Source of the DNA: Bryobacterales bacterium
GTDB taxonomy: Bacteria > Acidobacteriota > Terriglobia > Bryobacterales > UBA6623
Assembly (NCBI GenBank): GCA_965213745.1
Contig: CBDBZZ010000058.1
Coordinates: 67,638-131,637 of the forward strand
Length of the DNA: 64,000 nucleotides
Reading direction: 5' to 3'
Shown in pieces: positions 39,924 to 49,451 of this stretch (within the stretch, counting starts at the first letter, position 1; every line of letters starts with the position of its first letter). The position numbers were made by a program, and so were the translations under genes. The notes beneath the pieces are model-generated. The model was given only the letters and a program-made list of their open reading frames with translations, had not been told where the DNA came from and ran no database searches.

Positions 39924-41213
39924 GTGCCGGTCGTGGCGGGCCACATCGACCTCTACCTGCAATCCTTCGGCGAAGTGCTGCGCCGGACGGAGCGGGAGCC
40001 CTCGTGGCTGCGGCAGCGTCGGGAGAGGGCCATGGAGCGGTTCCTAGCGCTCGGCGTGCCCCGGCCCCGGGACGAGGAGTACAAGTACACCGACCTCTCC
40101 CAACTGGCCGACGGCACCCAGCTCTTCACCGCAGACCCAGCCTCCCCGGCGGCGGGAGCGACCCAATACGCCGCCTGGCGCGGCCCGGAGCTGAGGTTCC
40201 AAGGCGGCACGGTCCTGCTGCCCAACTCCCGCAGCCTCCCGCCCGGTCTGCGGATCCGCTCGCTGAGCGACGCGCTGCGGGCTGATCCCGGGGCCCTGGC
40301 CGAACGGCTGGCGGCTTGCGCGGATTCCGAGCATCACGCCCTCACCGCCCTCAACACCGCGTTCTTCACCGACGGCGCGCTCGTCGAGGCCGACCCCGGT
40401 GCGACCGTCGACGAGCCGGTCCATCTAGTCTTCGGCGATGGCCTGCAGGCGCGGCATCCCCGAGTGCTCATCCTAGCCGGGCGGAACGCGTCCCTGCGGG
40501 TCGTCGAAACCTACGCGGGAAGCGGGCCCTACTGGCGCAACGCGGTGACGGAAATCCACACTGCGGCGAACGCCCGAGTCGACCATTACCGCGCTCAGCT
40601 CGAGTCGCCGGAGTCGAGCCATACGGGGATGCTGCAGGCGGTGCAGCAACGCGACAGCATGCTGGCCACGTTCTCGCTCAGCTTCGGGGCCGCGCTCGCC
40701 CGCAACGACATCCGGACCCGCCTGGGCGGCCCGGGCTGCGAGTGCTCCTTGGATGGGCTGTACGCCGTTCGAGACAACCAGCTCGTCGATCACCACACCG
40801 CCATCGACCACGCCCAGCCGCATTGCCACTCCCACCAGTTGTACAAGGGCGTCCTTGACGGCCGCGCCCGCGGTGTGTTCAACGGCAAGATCTTCGTGCG
40901 GCGCGATGCCCAGAAAACCGACGCCGTCCAGAGCAACCAGAACCTCCTGCTGTCGGATCGGGCTGAAGTCAACACGAAGCCGCAGCTCGAGATCGACGCC
41001 AACGATGTGCGCTGCACCCACGGCGCGACGATCGGCCAGCTGGACCCGACGGCCGCGTTCTACCTGCGTTCCCGGGGCATCGGCGAGGCCGAGGCCCGCA
41101 ACCTGCTGACCTACGCCTTCGCGGCGGACGCCCTAGCACGGATCAAAGTCCAGCCCGTCCGGGAGCACTTCGAGGCGCTGCTGCTCCGGACGTTCGCCCT
41201 AGGCAGCGCATGA
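39924..41213 (+). CDS. sufD: Fe-S cluster assembly protein SufD
   Basis: GTG at 39924 inside shadow ORF 38838..41213. The C-terminal block ...QLYKGVLDGRARGVFNGKIFVRRDAQKTDAVQSNQNLLLSDRAEVNTKPQLEIDANDVRCTHGATIGQLD... is the SufD/SufB beta-helix signature. Confidence 0.88.
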   Translation: MPVVAGHIDLYLQSFGEVLRRTEREPSWLRQRRERAMERFLALGVPRPRDEEYKYTDLSQLADGTQLFTADPASPAAGATQYAAWRGPELRFQGGTVLLPNSRSLPPGLRIRSLSDALRADPGALAERLAACADSEHHALTALNTAFFTDGALVEADPGATVDEPVHLVFGDGLQARHPRVLILAGRNASLRVVETYAGSGPYWRNAVTEIHTAANARVDHYRAQLESPESSHTGMLQAVQQRDSMLATFSLSFGAALARNDIRTRLGGPGCECSLDGLYAVRDNQLVDHHTAIDHAQPHCHSHQLYKGVLDGRARGVFNGKIFVRRDAQKTDAVQSNQNLLLSDRAEVNTKPQLEIDANDVRCTHGATIGQLDPTAAFYLRSRGIGEAEARNLLTYAFAADALARIKVQPVREHFEALLLRTFALGSA

Positions 41214-42481
41214 AAGGCGCGAGGGGAACTCCCATGACGGCCACCGCAGTGGCGCCGCCTCCGCCGCTCAGGGGCGGCGAGGTCCAGGAGGACTTTCCCT
41301 CTCTCCAGCAGTTGGTGCATGGCAGGCCGCTGGTCTACCTCGACAGCGCCGCGTCCTCCCAGACGCCCCGGCAGGTGATCGAGGCGTTAGTCGCCTACTA
41401 CGAGCGCGACCGCGCCAATGTGCATCGCGGAGTGCATGAGCTGAGCCAGCGGGCCACCGAGAAGTACGAGGCGGCCCGCCGCAACCTGCAGCTGTTCCTC
41501 AACGCCCGCGACCCAGGGGAGATCATCTGGACGAAGGGCACGACCGAAGGCCTCAACCTCGTCGCCGCGAGCTGGGGCCGGTCTCACGTTGGGTCTGGAG
41601 ATGAAGTGCTCGTCTCGGCCATGGAGCACCACTCGAACATCGTGCCGTGGCAGATCCTGTGCCAGGAGCGAGGCGCCCGGCTGCGCGTGATCCCGATGAA
41701 CGAGGCGGGCGAGCTGCGGCTCGACGCACTGGAGGCGCTTCTTTCCCCGCGCGCCCGCGTCGTGGCGGTGACGCAGGTCTCGAACGCCCTGGGCACGATC
41801 AACCCGGTTCGCAAGATCGCCGCCATGGCGCACGCCGCCGGCGCGGTGTGCGTGGTGGACGGTGCCCAAGCGGCGCCTCATCTGCGGGTCGATGTGCAGG
41901 AACTCGGCTGCGACTTCTTCGCACTGTCAGGGCACAAGATGTGCGGCCCCACGGGCATCGGCGCGCTCTACGGACGCCGCGAGCTCCTCGAGGAGATGCC
42001 GCCGTACCAGAGCGGCGGGGACATGATTGCCTCGGTTGCATTCGAAGGCACGACCTACAACGAACTGCCCTACAAGTTCGAGGCCGGTACGCCGATCATC
42101 GCCGGGGCGATTGCGATGGGGGCGGCGGTCGACTATCTGGAGTCGCTCGGCATGGACCGTGTCGCCGCCTACGAGCGGGACCTGCTCGCCTACGGCGCGG
42201 AGCGCCTCGCCGACATCGGCGGCCTGCGGCCGATCGGCACGGCGCGGGACAAGGCCAGCGTGCTGTCGTTCTTGATCGAGGGGATCCACCCCGCCGACCT
42301 GGGCGCAATCCTGGACCGCCAGGGAGTCGCGCTGCGCGTAGGGCACCACTGCGCCGAGCCGGTCATGCGCTTCTACGGCGTGCCGGCGACGGCCCGGGCC
42401 TCGCTGGCCTTCTACAACACCCGCGCCGACCTCGACGCGCTGGCGGACGCCATCAATGTCGCCAAGGAGATCTTCGCCTGA
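41210..42481 (+). CDS. sufS: Cysteine desulfurase SufS (class V aminotransferase)
   Basis: YLDSAASSQTP..., ANVHRGVHELS..., SGHKMCGPTGIGALYG (PLP lysine) and RVGHHCAEP (active-site Cys loop). The start may instead be the Met at 41234. Confidence 0.9.
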   Translation: MKGARGTPMTATAVAPPPPLRGGEVQEDFPSLQQLVHGRPLVYLDSAASSQTPRQVIEALVAYYERDRANVHRGVHELSQRATEKYEAARRNLQLFLNARDPGEIIWTKGTTEGLNLVAASWGRSHVGSGDEVLVSAMEHHSNIVPWQILCQERGARLRVIPMNEAGELRLDALEALLSPRARVVAVTQVSNALGTINPVRKIAAMAHAAGAVCVVDGAQAAPHLRVDVQELGCDFFALSGHKMCGPTGIGALYGRRELLEEMPPYQSGGDMIASVAFEGTTYNELPYKFEAGTPIIAGAIAMGAAVDYLESLGMDRVAAYERDLLAYGAERLADIGGLRPIGTARDKASVLSFLIEGIHPADLGAILDRQGVALRVGHHCAEPVMRFYGVPATARASLAFYNTRADLDALADAINVAKEIFA

Positions 42482-43002
42482 TGCGCATGCTCAAGCTTGG
42501 GCTGCATGACGAGCCCCCGGCAGCCGCGACGGACAGCCCCGCGGCGGAGCCGAGCCCTGGATCGACGGGACTGAATACGGGGGCGCTCGCGTCCGCGCCG
42601 CGCTACAACGAGTACGTGCCCAGCATGCACTCGAACATGACGATGACCTCGCCTCTGCCTCCGGTGGAGCCGGAGTACGCCCCGGACGCATCCTTGGAGG
42701 AAAAGGTCGTCGCCGTGCTGAAGACTTGCTACGACCCGGAGATCCCGGTAGACATCTACCAGCTCGGGCTGATCTACCAAGTCCAGGCCCCCCGGGCTCC
42801 GGAGCAGCCGGGCAAGGTGAAGGTCCTCATGACTCTGACGGCGCCGAACTGCCCGGCGGCGCAGACCCTCCCGGCGGAGGCCAAGTACAAGATCGAGCGC
42901 CTGGAGGAAGTCGCCGAAGCGGAGATCGAGATCACCTTCGATCCGCCGTGGACCCCGGAGAAAATGAGCGAGGAGGCCCGGCTGGTCCTGAATCTGATCT
43001 AA
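42481..43002 (+). CDS. sufT: DUF59 (SufT/MIP18-like) Fe-S assembly protein with an N-terminal extension
   Basis: The C-terminal 100 aa, VLKTCYDPEIPVDIYQLGLIY...VLMTLTAPNCPAAQTL...ITFDPPWTPEKMSEEARL, fit the DUF59 pattern. The ATG overlaps the sufS stop. The true start may be further in (for example MHSNMTM). Confidence 0.75.
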   Translation: MRMLKLGLHDEPPAAATDSPAAEPSPGSTGLNTGALASAPRYNEYVPSMHSNMTMTSPLPPVEPEYAPDASLEEKVVAVLKTCYDPEIPVDIYQLGLIYQVQAPRAPEQPGKVKVLMTLTAPNCPAAQTLPAEAKYKIERLEEVAEAEIEITFDPPWTPEKMSEEARLVLNLI

Positions 43003-43011
43003 GGAGAAGCC

Positions 43012-43509
43012 ATGCAGCTCTCGTCCCAGGAGGAATACGGTCTGCGCTGCCTGCTGCGGTTGGCCCAGGCGGGTCCCGGCGCGATTCTGAGCCTGTCCGA
43101 AATCGCCCGGGCGGAGGGCATCTCCATGCCGTACGCCGCCAAGCTGATGCGCATCCTCCGCGCGGGGGGCCTCGTAAGCAGCGAGCGAGGCCAAGCGGGC
43201 GGCTATTTTCTGGCCCGCCCGCCCGCCCGGATCAGCGCGAAGCAGGCGCTGCAGGTGCTGGGCGGGGATTTCTACGGGGGAGAGTTCTGCGGGCGGTTCT
43301 CGGGGCGCGAGGACCATTGCACGCACTCGACCGACTGCTCCATCCGCTCGCTCTGGCGGGCGATCCAGTGGGTGCTGGACGGCCTGCTCAGCCGCACCAC
43401 GCTGCGCGACCTGCTGTGCGGCGAGCGGGAGATGGACAGGTTCGTCGGAGACTTGGTGGTGCTAGCGAGCGCGGCGGCGGCGCCTTCCGCTAAAGTGGAG
43501 CATGGTTGA
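43012..43509 (+). CDS. Rrf2 family transcriptional regulator (IscR/SufR-like)
   Basis: MQLSSQEEYGLRCLLRLA...LSEIARAEGISMPYAAKLMRILRAGGLVSSERGQAGGYFLA is the wHTH region. A Cys cluster (C..C.....C: CGRFSGREDHCTHSTDC) is compatible with Fe-S ligation. Confidence 0.85.
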   Translation: MQLSSQEEYGLRCLLRLAQAGPGAILSLSEIARAEGISMPYAAKLMRILRAGGLVSSERGQAGGYFLARPPARISAKQALQVLGGDFYGGEFCGRFSGREDHCTHSTDCSIRSLWRAIQWVLDGLLSRTTLRDLLCGEREMDRFVGDLVVLASAAAAPSAKVEHG

Positions 43510-44581
43510 TCTTGAACAAGTCCGGCAAGCTCTGCAACGAGTTGTGCATCCCGCCTACGGCCGGGGCATTGTCGAGCTCGGCCTAGTCCAGGAGCTGGCC
43601 GGCGACGGCGGGACGGTGCGCTTCCGCCTGCAGAACACGGTGGCGCAGCGCACTGCCAGCGAGGCGGCGCTGGCCGAAGCCCGCAGGGCGGTCCAGGCGC
43701 TCGCGCCGGGCCTGCGGGTCGACGCCGAGCTGACCGGCAGCGCCCGGCAGAACCCCGTGGGCGAGGGCGGCAAGGGGGCCATCCCGGGCGTCCGCAACAT
43801 CATCCCCGTGGCCTCGGGGAAGGGCGGCGTCGGCAAGTCCACCGTCTCGGCCAATCTAGCCCTGGCCCTCCGGTCGACGGGCGCCAAGGTCGGACTGCTG
43901 GACGCAGACGTGTACGGGCCGAGCATCCCGCTGATCATGGGCGCTACTACCGGCCCGCGGCACGGCGGCCGGGGAATCATCCCCATCCAGACCCACGGCA
44001 TACCGATCATCTCCACCGGCTTCTTCGTGCGCCCGGACCAAGCTGTAGTCTGGCGCGGGCCGATGCTGGCGAAGATGGTGGAGCAGCTCACCAATCAAGT
44101 GGAATGGGGCGAACTGGACTACCTCGTGGTCGACCTGCCTCCAGGCACGGGAGACGTGCAGCTCAGCCTGTGCCAACGGCTGGCCCTGACGGGCGCGGTG
44201 GTCGTGACGACCCCGCAGCCGGTGGCCGTCAACGTTGCCGAGAAGGCCATCATCATGTTCCAGCAGCTCAAGACGCCGCTGCTCGGGGTCATCGAGAACA
44301 TGAGCTACTTCGAGCCCCGCTCGACCGGCGAGCGCGAATACATCTTCGGCTCTGGCGGGGCCGAGCGCCTCGCCGCTCGGTGGCAGGTGCCCGTGCTGGG
44401 CAAGATCCCGCTGGCGACGACCGTGCGCGAAACGTCCGATGCGGGCACCCCGCTGGTCCTCGCCGATCCGGCGGCTCCGGCTGCCGTGGCGTTCCGGGAG
44501 GCGGCGGAGCAGCTCGGTGTCGCGGTCGCCCAGCGCAACGTCTCGGCCGCGAGCGAAGAAGCGGTCCGGATCACCTTCTGA
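43502..44581 (+). CDS. apbC: Mrp/NBP35 family Fe-S cluster carrier ATPase
   Basis: N-terminal DUF59-like segment, deviant Walker A VASGKGGVGKSTVSANLA, the block DYLVVDLPPGTGD, and ENMSYF. Confidence 0.88.
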   Translation: MVDLEQVRQALQRVVHPAYGRGIVELGLVQELAGDGGTVRFRLQNTVAQRTASEAALAEARRAVQALAPGLRVDAELTGSARQNPVGEGGKGAIPGVRNIIPVASGKGGVGKSTVSANLALALRSTGAKVGLLDADVYGPSIPLIMGATTGPRHGGRGIIPIQTHGIPIISTGFFVRPDQAVVWRGPMLAKMVEQLTNQVEWGELDYLVVDLPPGTGDVQLSLCQRLALTGAVVVTTPQPVAVNVAEKAIIMFQQLKTPLLGVIENMSYFEPRSTGEREYIFGSGGAERLAARWQVPVLGKIPLATTVRETSDAGTPLVLADPAAPAAVAFREAAEQLGVAVAQRNVSAASEEAVRITF

Positions 44582-44593
44582 GCCGGACCCGGC

Positions 44594-45322
44594 TCACGAG
44601 GCGCTCGCCCCGCTGCCGGCTACGAGCTGCGAGGCGCGGAGGAGGCCGTCGACGGTGCCCGCGTCGGTCCACCAGCCCTCGAGGATGTCCCAGGTCATGG
44701 TGCCCTCGGCAATGTACTGGTTGTTCACGTCGGTGATCTCCAGCTCCCCGCGGGCCGAGCGCTCCAAGCGGCTGATCTTCTCGAACACCGTTCCGTCGAA
44801 CATGTAGATCCCCGTCACGGCGTATTGGGACTGCGGAGCGGCGGGCTTCTCCTCAATGGCGACGAGGCGCCCATTCCGAAACGCGGGCACGCCGTAGCGC
44901 CCCGGATCCGGCACTTCCTTCAAGAGGATCTTGGCGCCGCGCTCCTGGCGTCGGAACGCCTCCGCGGCTGCGGCGACATTGCGCTCGAAGATGTTGTCGC
45001 CCAGCATGACGCAGAGCTTCTCGCCCCGCGAGAAGTGGCGCGCCAGGGCCAGCGCCTCGGCGATGCCCCCCTCGCCCTCCTGGTAGGTGTAGTCGATGTG
45101 CCTGAGCCCGAATTCCCGGCCGTTGCCCAGCAGCCGCAGGAAGTCGCCGGCGTTGCGCCCGCCCGCGACGACCAAGATGTCCTTGATGCCCGCGTCCACC
45201 AGCGCCCGGATCGGGTAGTAGATCATCGGCTTGTCGTAGATGGGCAGCAGGTGCTTGTTGATGATGCGGGTAATGGGATCCAAGCGGGTCCCTAGACCTC
45301 CGGCTAGGACGACGCCGCGCAC
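44594..45322 (-). CDS. Sugar nucleotidyltransferase (short RmlA/glucose-1-phosphate thymidylyltransferase-like)
   Basis: MRGVVLAGGLGTRLDPITRIINKHLLPIYDKPMIYYPI... closely follows the RmlA-type N-terminus. At 242 aa it is shorter than classical RfbA. Confidence 0.8.
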   Translation of the reverse strand: MRGVVLAGGLGTRLDPITRIINKHLLPIYDKPMIYYPIRALVDAGIKDILVVAGGRNAGDFLRLLGNGREFGLRHIDYTYQEGEGGIAEALALARHFSRGEKLCVMLGDNIFERNVAAAAEAFRRQERGAKILLKEVPDPGRYGVPAFRNGRLVAIEEKPAAPQSQYAVTGIYMFDGTVFEKISRLERSARGELEITDVNNQYIAEGTMTWDILEGWWTDAGTVDGLLRASQLVAGSGASAS

Positions 45323-45357
45323 GCAGCCCCGATTGTACTAGAGCCCGCAGCCGCCCT

Positions 45358-46701
45358 CTACCGGGGCTCGGAGAAGAACTCCCGGAGCTGGCGGCGCACC
45401 AGCGCCAGAGACCCCAGCACGGCGAACAGGTTGGGCACGGCCATGAGGCCGTTCATGGTGTCGGAGAAGCCCCACACGGCCTCGAGCCCGCCGACAGCTC
45501 CGACGAAAACGAACGCCACCCACGCCAAGCGGTAGCCCAATACGCTGCGCACTCCGAAGAGATAGGCGATGGCCGTCTCCCCGTAGTAGGACCAGCCGAC
45601 GATGGTGGAGAAGGCGAAGGGCACCAGACTGAGCGAAACCATCAGCGCCCCCCAGTCCCCCGGCAGGCCCATCGCGAACGCCTCGGCCGACAGCGCGGCC
45701 CCGGTTCTGCCGGAGGTCCAAACGCCAGTGGACAGGATGGTGAAGGCCGTCAGCATGCAGGCAACCAATGTGTCCACGAACACCCCGAACAGCCCGTAGG
45801 TCCCTTGGCGGGCCGGGTGGTCGGTGACCGCCGCGGCATGGGCGATCGGCGCGCTGCCCATGCCCGCCTCGTTCGAGTTGAGCCCGCGGGCGATCCCGTA
45901 GCGCATGGCGCTCCGCACCGTGGCTCCGAGGAAACCGCCGACTGCGGCCTGCCCGCTGAACGCGGAACCAACGATCAAGCCGAGCACGGCGGGGAAGTCG
46001 CCGAGGCGCGTCGCCAGGACGTACAGCGCGCAGGAGAAGTAGAGCAAGCACATGGCCGGCACCAGCACCGCGGCCACTTCGGCGATCCTCCGCAGCCCCC
46101 CCAGCACGACCAGGGCCGTGAGCGCGGCGAGCGCCAAGCCGCTCCAATACGCCGGGACGCCGAATGCGGATCGCATGGCGTCTGCTACGGTGCTCGCCTG
46201 GTTCATGTTGCCGATGCCGAAGCTGGCAACGGCGCAGAGGCCCGCGAAGACCGCTCCGAGCCAGTGCAGCCCAAAGCGCTGCGAAAGGACATACATGGCC
46301 CCCCCGCGAACGATGCCCTGCGCATCCTTCTGCCGGTATTCCAGCGCCACGGCGATCTCGGAGTATTTGGTGGCCATGCCGAGCACCGCCGAGGCGAACA
46401 TCCAAAAGACGGCCCCGGGCCCGCCGCTCGCAATCGCCATCGCAACACCCGCGATGTTGCCCACTCCGACGGTGGCCGACAGAGAGGTGGCCAGGGCCTG
46501 GAACGGCGAAATGGTTCCCTCGCCCTCCGCCCGGGAGCGGAGGCTGCCCAGCACCTGGCGCACCGCAAACGGAAAGCGGCGTATTTGCACGCCTCCCGTG
46601 GCCACCGTCAGCACAAGTCCCGCGCCGAGCAGGAGAGCCATCATGGGCGGGCCCCAGACGATCGAGTTCGCGGATTCGTTGAGCTCCAGTAACCAAGACA
46701 C
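45358..46701 (-). CDS. Alanine/glycine:cation symporter (AGCS) family transporter
   Basis: 447 aa and polytopic. It has the family-typical N-terminus ...VWGPPMMALLLGAGLVLTVATGGVQIRRFPFAVRQVL and the block ...GIARGLNSNEAGMGSAPIAHAAA. Confidence 0.85.
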   Translation of the reverse strand: MSWLLELNESANSIVWGPPMMALLLGAGLVLTVATGGVQIRRFPFAVRQVLGSLRSRAEGEGTISPFQALATSLSATVGVGNIAGVAMAIASGGPGAVFWMFASAVLGMATKYSEIAVALEYRQKDAQGIVRGGAMYVLSQRFGLHWLGAVFAGLCAVASFGIGNMNQASTVADAMRSAFGVPAYWSGLALAALTALVVLGGLRRIAEVAAVLVPAMCLLYFSCALYVLATRLGDFPAVLGLIVGSAFSGQAAVGGFLGATVRSAMRYGIARGLNSNEAGMGSAPIAHAAAVTDHPARQGTYGLFGVFVDTLVACMLTAFTILSTGVWTSGRTGAALSAEAFAMGLPGDWGALMVSLSLVPFAFSTIVGWSYYGETAIAYLFGVRSVLGYRLAWVAFVFVGAVGGLEAVWGFSDTMNGLMAVPNLFAVLGSLALVRRQLREFFSEPR

Positions 46702-46754
46702 GGCTGGACTAGTTCAACTATGCTAATCCATGTCTGGGAAGCCGCTTAGAGACC

Positions 46755-48050
46755 ATGGAAATCCAATTGGCGTTCGATCGGGACGGAGTCGTGGTCGAGC
46801 TGCCGGACTCGCTCGACGCCCGGGTGCTGCGGCCGCGCTTCGCCGCTGGGCTGCAAGACCCGGACTCGGCGCTGGCCGAGGCCATCGCCCGCCCCATCGG
46901 CAGCCCGGCCTTAGCGGACTTGGCCCGCGGGAGGCGCAGCGCGGCGATCGCGGTCTGCGACATCACTCGCCCCGCACCGAACCATACCGTCCTGCCGCAT
47001 GTCGTGCGCGCCCTCGAGGCGGGGGGCATCCCCGTGCGCAACATCGCAATCCTCATCGCAACCGGCCTGCACCGGGAAGCAACCGAGGCCGAGCTGGGCG
47101 AGATCCTGGGCAGCGCCATTCTGGAGCGCCATCCGGTTCATTCGCACCGCGCCAAGGAAATCGACGAGCAGGTCTTCCTGGGCGAAACGGACGGAGGCAC
47201 GCAGGTTTTCATCGACGGGCGCTTCGTCGAAGCAGACCTGCATATCACTCTGGGTTTCATCGAACCGCACCTCATGGCCGGGTTCTCAGGAGGCCGCAAA
47301 CTGATCTCCATTGGCCTCGCCGGCGAAAGAACCATCAAGCGCCTGCACAGCCCGCTGTTCATGCGCGACGCCAAAGCCACCGAGGGGTCGTTTCCGAACA
47401 ACCCGCTGCACCGCGAGCTGCTGGAGATCGCGGCCTTGGCGGGGCACGACTTCATGGTGGATGTGGCGCTTACCGAGACACGCGCCGTCGCCGGCGTCTT
47501 TGCGGGCGAGCCCGTCGCGGCCCATGCCCAGGGCGTGGAGTTCGTACGGCGCTCGACGCTCGCGAGCGTGGGGGAGCCGGCCGACGCAGTCATCACGACC
47601 TCCGGCGGCTACCCGCTGGACCTGACCTTCTACCAAGCGGTCAAGGGGGTAACCGCCGCCTCGCACATCGTCCGCCGGGGCGGCGAGATCCTGCTCGCCG
47701 CGGCGTGCCGCGAGGGCCTCGGGGGGCCGGAGTTCCAGCAGCTCATGCGGACGGCCCGAGGGTCTTCGGCGCTGCTCGACGCACTGGCAGCCAAGCCCGT
47801 GAAAGTCGACCAGTGGCAAGCCGAGAAGTTGGCGATGGTCGCCGCACGCGCGCAGCTGTCGTATTGCGTGCCGGGCCTATCGGCGACGGATCGCGCCGCC
47901 CTCTGGGGACCGACGCACACGGACCCGCAACAGGCCGTCGACAGCCTCGTGAGCCGCCTTCCGGAAGGGGCACGCGTAGTGGTGATCCCCGAAGGGCCCT
48001 ACGTGTTCTCGCAGGTGGGGGCGAACGGGGCTAGTGCGGCGCAGGCCTAG
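46755..48050 (+). CDS. LarA-family (DUF2088, nickel-pincer dependent 2-hydroxyacid racemase/epimerase-like) protein
   Basis: ...AIAVCDITRPAP..., ILIATGLHRE..., ITLGFIEPHLMAGFSGGRK... and YQAVKG... follow the LarA catalytic-site blocks. The last codons and the TAG stop lie inside an IS tail box (48044-48074). Confidence 0.8.
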   Translation: MEIQLAFDRDGVVVELPDSLDARVLRPRFAAGLQDPDSALAEAIARPIGSPALADLARGRRSAAIAVCDITRPAPNHTVLPHVVRALEAGGIPVRNIAILIATGLHREATEAELGEILGSAILERHPVHSHRAKEIDEQVFLGETDGGTQVFIDGRFVEADLHITLGFIEPHLMAGFSGGRKLISIGLAGERTIKRLHSPLFMRDAKATEGSFPNNPLHRELLEIAALAGHDFMVDVALTETRAVAGVFAGEPVAAHAQGVEFVRRSTLASVGEPADAVITTSGGYPLDLTFYQAVKGVTAASHIVRRGGEILLAAACREGLGGPEFQQLMRTARGSSALLDALAAKPVKVDQWQAEKLAMVAARAQLSYCVPGLSATDRAALWGPTHTDPQQAVDSLVSRLPEGARVVVIPEGPYVFSQVGANGASAAQA

Positions 48051-48414
48051 GAGCCTGTTGAAAAAGTCCTCAGCGACCGTGAAGCGGCACTGAAATGACC
48101 GTAAAACGACTCCTGCAGGCCCTGAACAGTCGCAAAACGGTGCTTCGGACGCGATTTCGCGAAGGGGATCGTACCCCAGCGACTTCAGCAACGGGCTCCT
48201 AGCCAAGCGCCTGGCCCGTTCTCCGCTGCGCCGGTCCGCCAGCGGTCGCGCATCCCTCGGAAGGGCAGCTGCGCTGCGCACAGGAACAGTTCGCCGCTTG
48301 CAAACATCGGCCCCCCGGGAGCCGGCTCGGAGCCCGAACCCACCAGGGGCTTGCCTTCGCGCACCCGGGTTCTGCTACCGTGCTTGCAAACCGCGCCCGT
48401 ATGGTTTATCTTGC

Positions 48415-49425
48415 ATGAATGCAGTTATGAGTGCGCCCGCCGTCGCCCCACTTCGGACCGCAATCGACCGTAGCCTCTGCGAGAGGTTTCTCTATTACAT
48501 GCTCATGATGCGCGAGTTGGAGGAGCGCATCGAGCTGAAGCTGTACCGGCAAGGCAAGGTCCAGGGAGGCTGCTACACGGGGCGCGGGCAGGAAGCCATC
48601 CCGGTCGGCAGCGCCCTCCACTCGCAACCCGGCGACTGGCTCACGCCGTCGCATCGCGACATGGCCGCCCTGCTCATCCGGGGCATGACGCCACGCGACA
48701 TCCTAGCCCAATACCTCGGGCGAGCCACCGGTCCGACGGGGGGGCGCGACGGCAACATGCACATGGGCTCCGCGGAGAAGCACTGCGTGCCCATCATTTC
48801 GTCGATCGGGGCCAGCATCCCCGTGGCCGGGGGCTTGGCTTTCGCCATGCGCTACCGCGGAGAATCGAACATCGTGTTCAACTACTCCGGCGACGGCGCC
48901 TCCAGCCGCGGCGACTGGCACGAGGGCCTCAACATGGCGGCCGTGCTCGAACTGCCAGTCGTCTACCTCTGCAACAACAACCTCTACGCCTACTCCACGC
49001 CGCTGGACAGGCAGATGAAAATCCGCGACATCGCCGAGCGGGTGTCCGGCTACGGCATCCCGGCAGAGATCGTGGACGGCAACGATGTGCGCGCAATCTA
49101 CGAGGCCACCGCTCGGGCGGTGGCGCACGCGCGCGGCGGCAACGGCCCCTACTTCATCGAGTGCAAGACTTTCCGCATGAGCGGCCATTCGGCCCACGAT
49201 CCAGCGGACTACGTGCCGCAGGAGCTCCGCGAGCAGTGGTCCCGACGGGACCCGATCCTGATGCTGCAGAAACACATGGTCGAGGAATTGGGGGCCGACG
49301 AGCAGGACTTCGTCAACATGCGCACCAAGGTGCTGGCGGAAATCGACGAAGCCGTCGAGTGGGCCCTTGGCCAGCCCTTCCCGGATCCAGCGACGCTGAA
49401 GGATAAGGTCTACGGGCCCGCCTAG
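48415..49425 (+). CDS. Thiamine-diphosphate dependent 2-oxoacid dehydrogenase E1 component, alpha subunit
   Basis: ATG at 48415 inside ORF 48298..49425. The TPP motif is GDGASSRGDWHEGLNMAAVLELPVVYLCNNN, and the phosphorylation-loop-like segment is FRMSGHSAHD. Confidence 0.85.
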   Translation: MNAVMSAPAVAPLRTAIDRSLCERFLYYMLMMRELEERIELKLYRQGKVQGGCYTGRGQEAIPVGSALHSQPGDWLTPSHRDMAALLIRGMTPRDILAQYLGRATGPTGGRDGNMHMGSAEKHCVPIISSIGASIPVAGGLAFAMRYRGESNIVFNYSGDGASSRGDWHEGLNMAAVLELPVVYLCNNNLYAYSTPLDRQMKIRDIAERVSGYGIPAEIVDGNDVRAIYEATARAVAHARGGNGPYFIECKTFRMSGHSAHDPADYVPQELREQWSRRDPILMLQKHMVEELGADEQDFVNMRTKVLAEIDEAVEWALGQPFPDPATLKDKVYGPA

Positions 49426-49451
49426 CGCAGGCTCACGATCCAGTTCCACCA

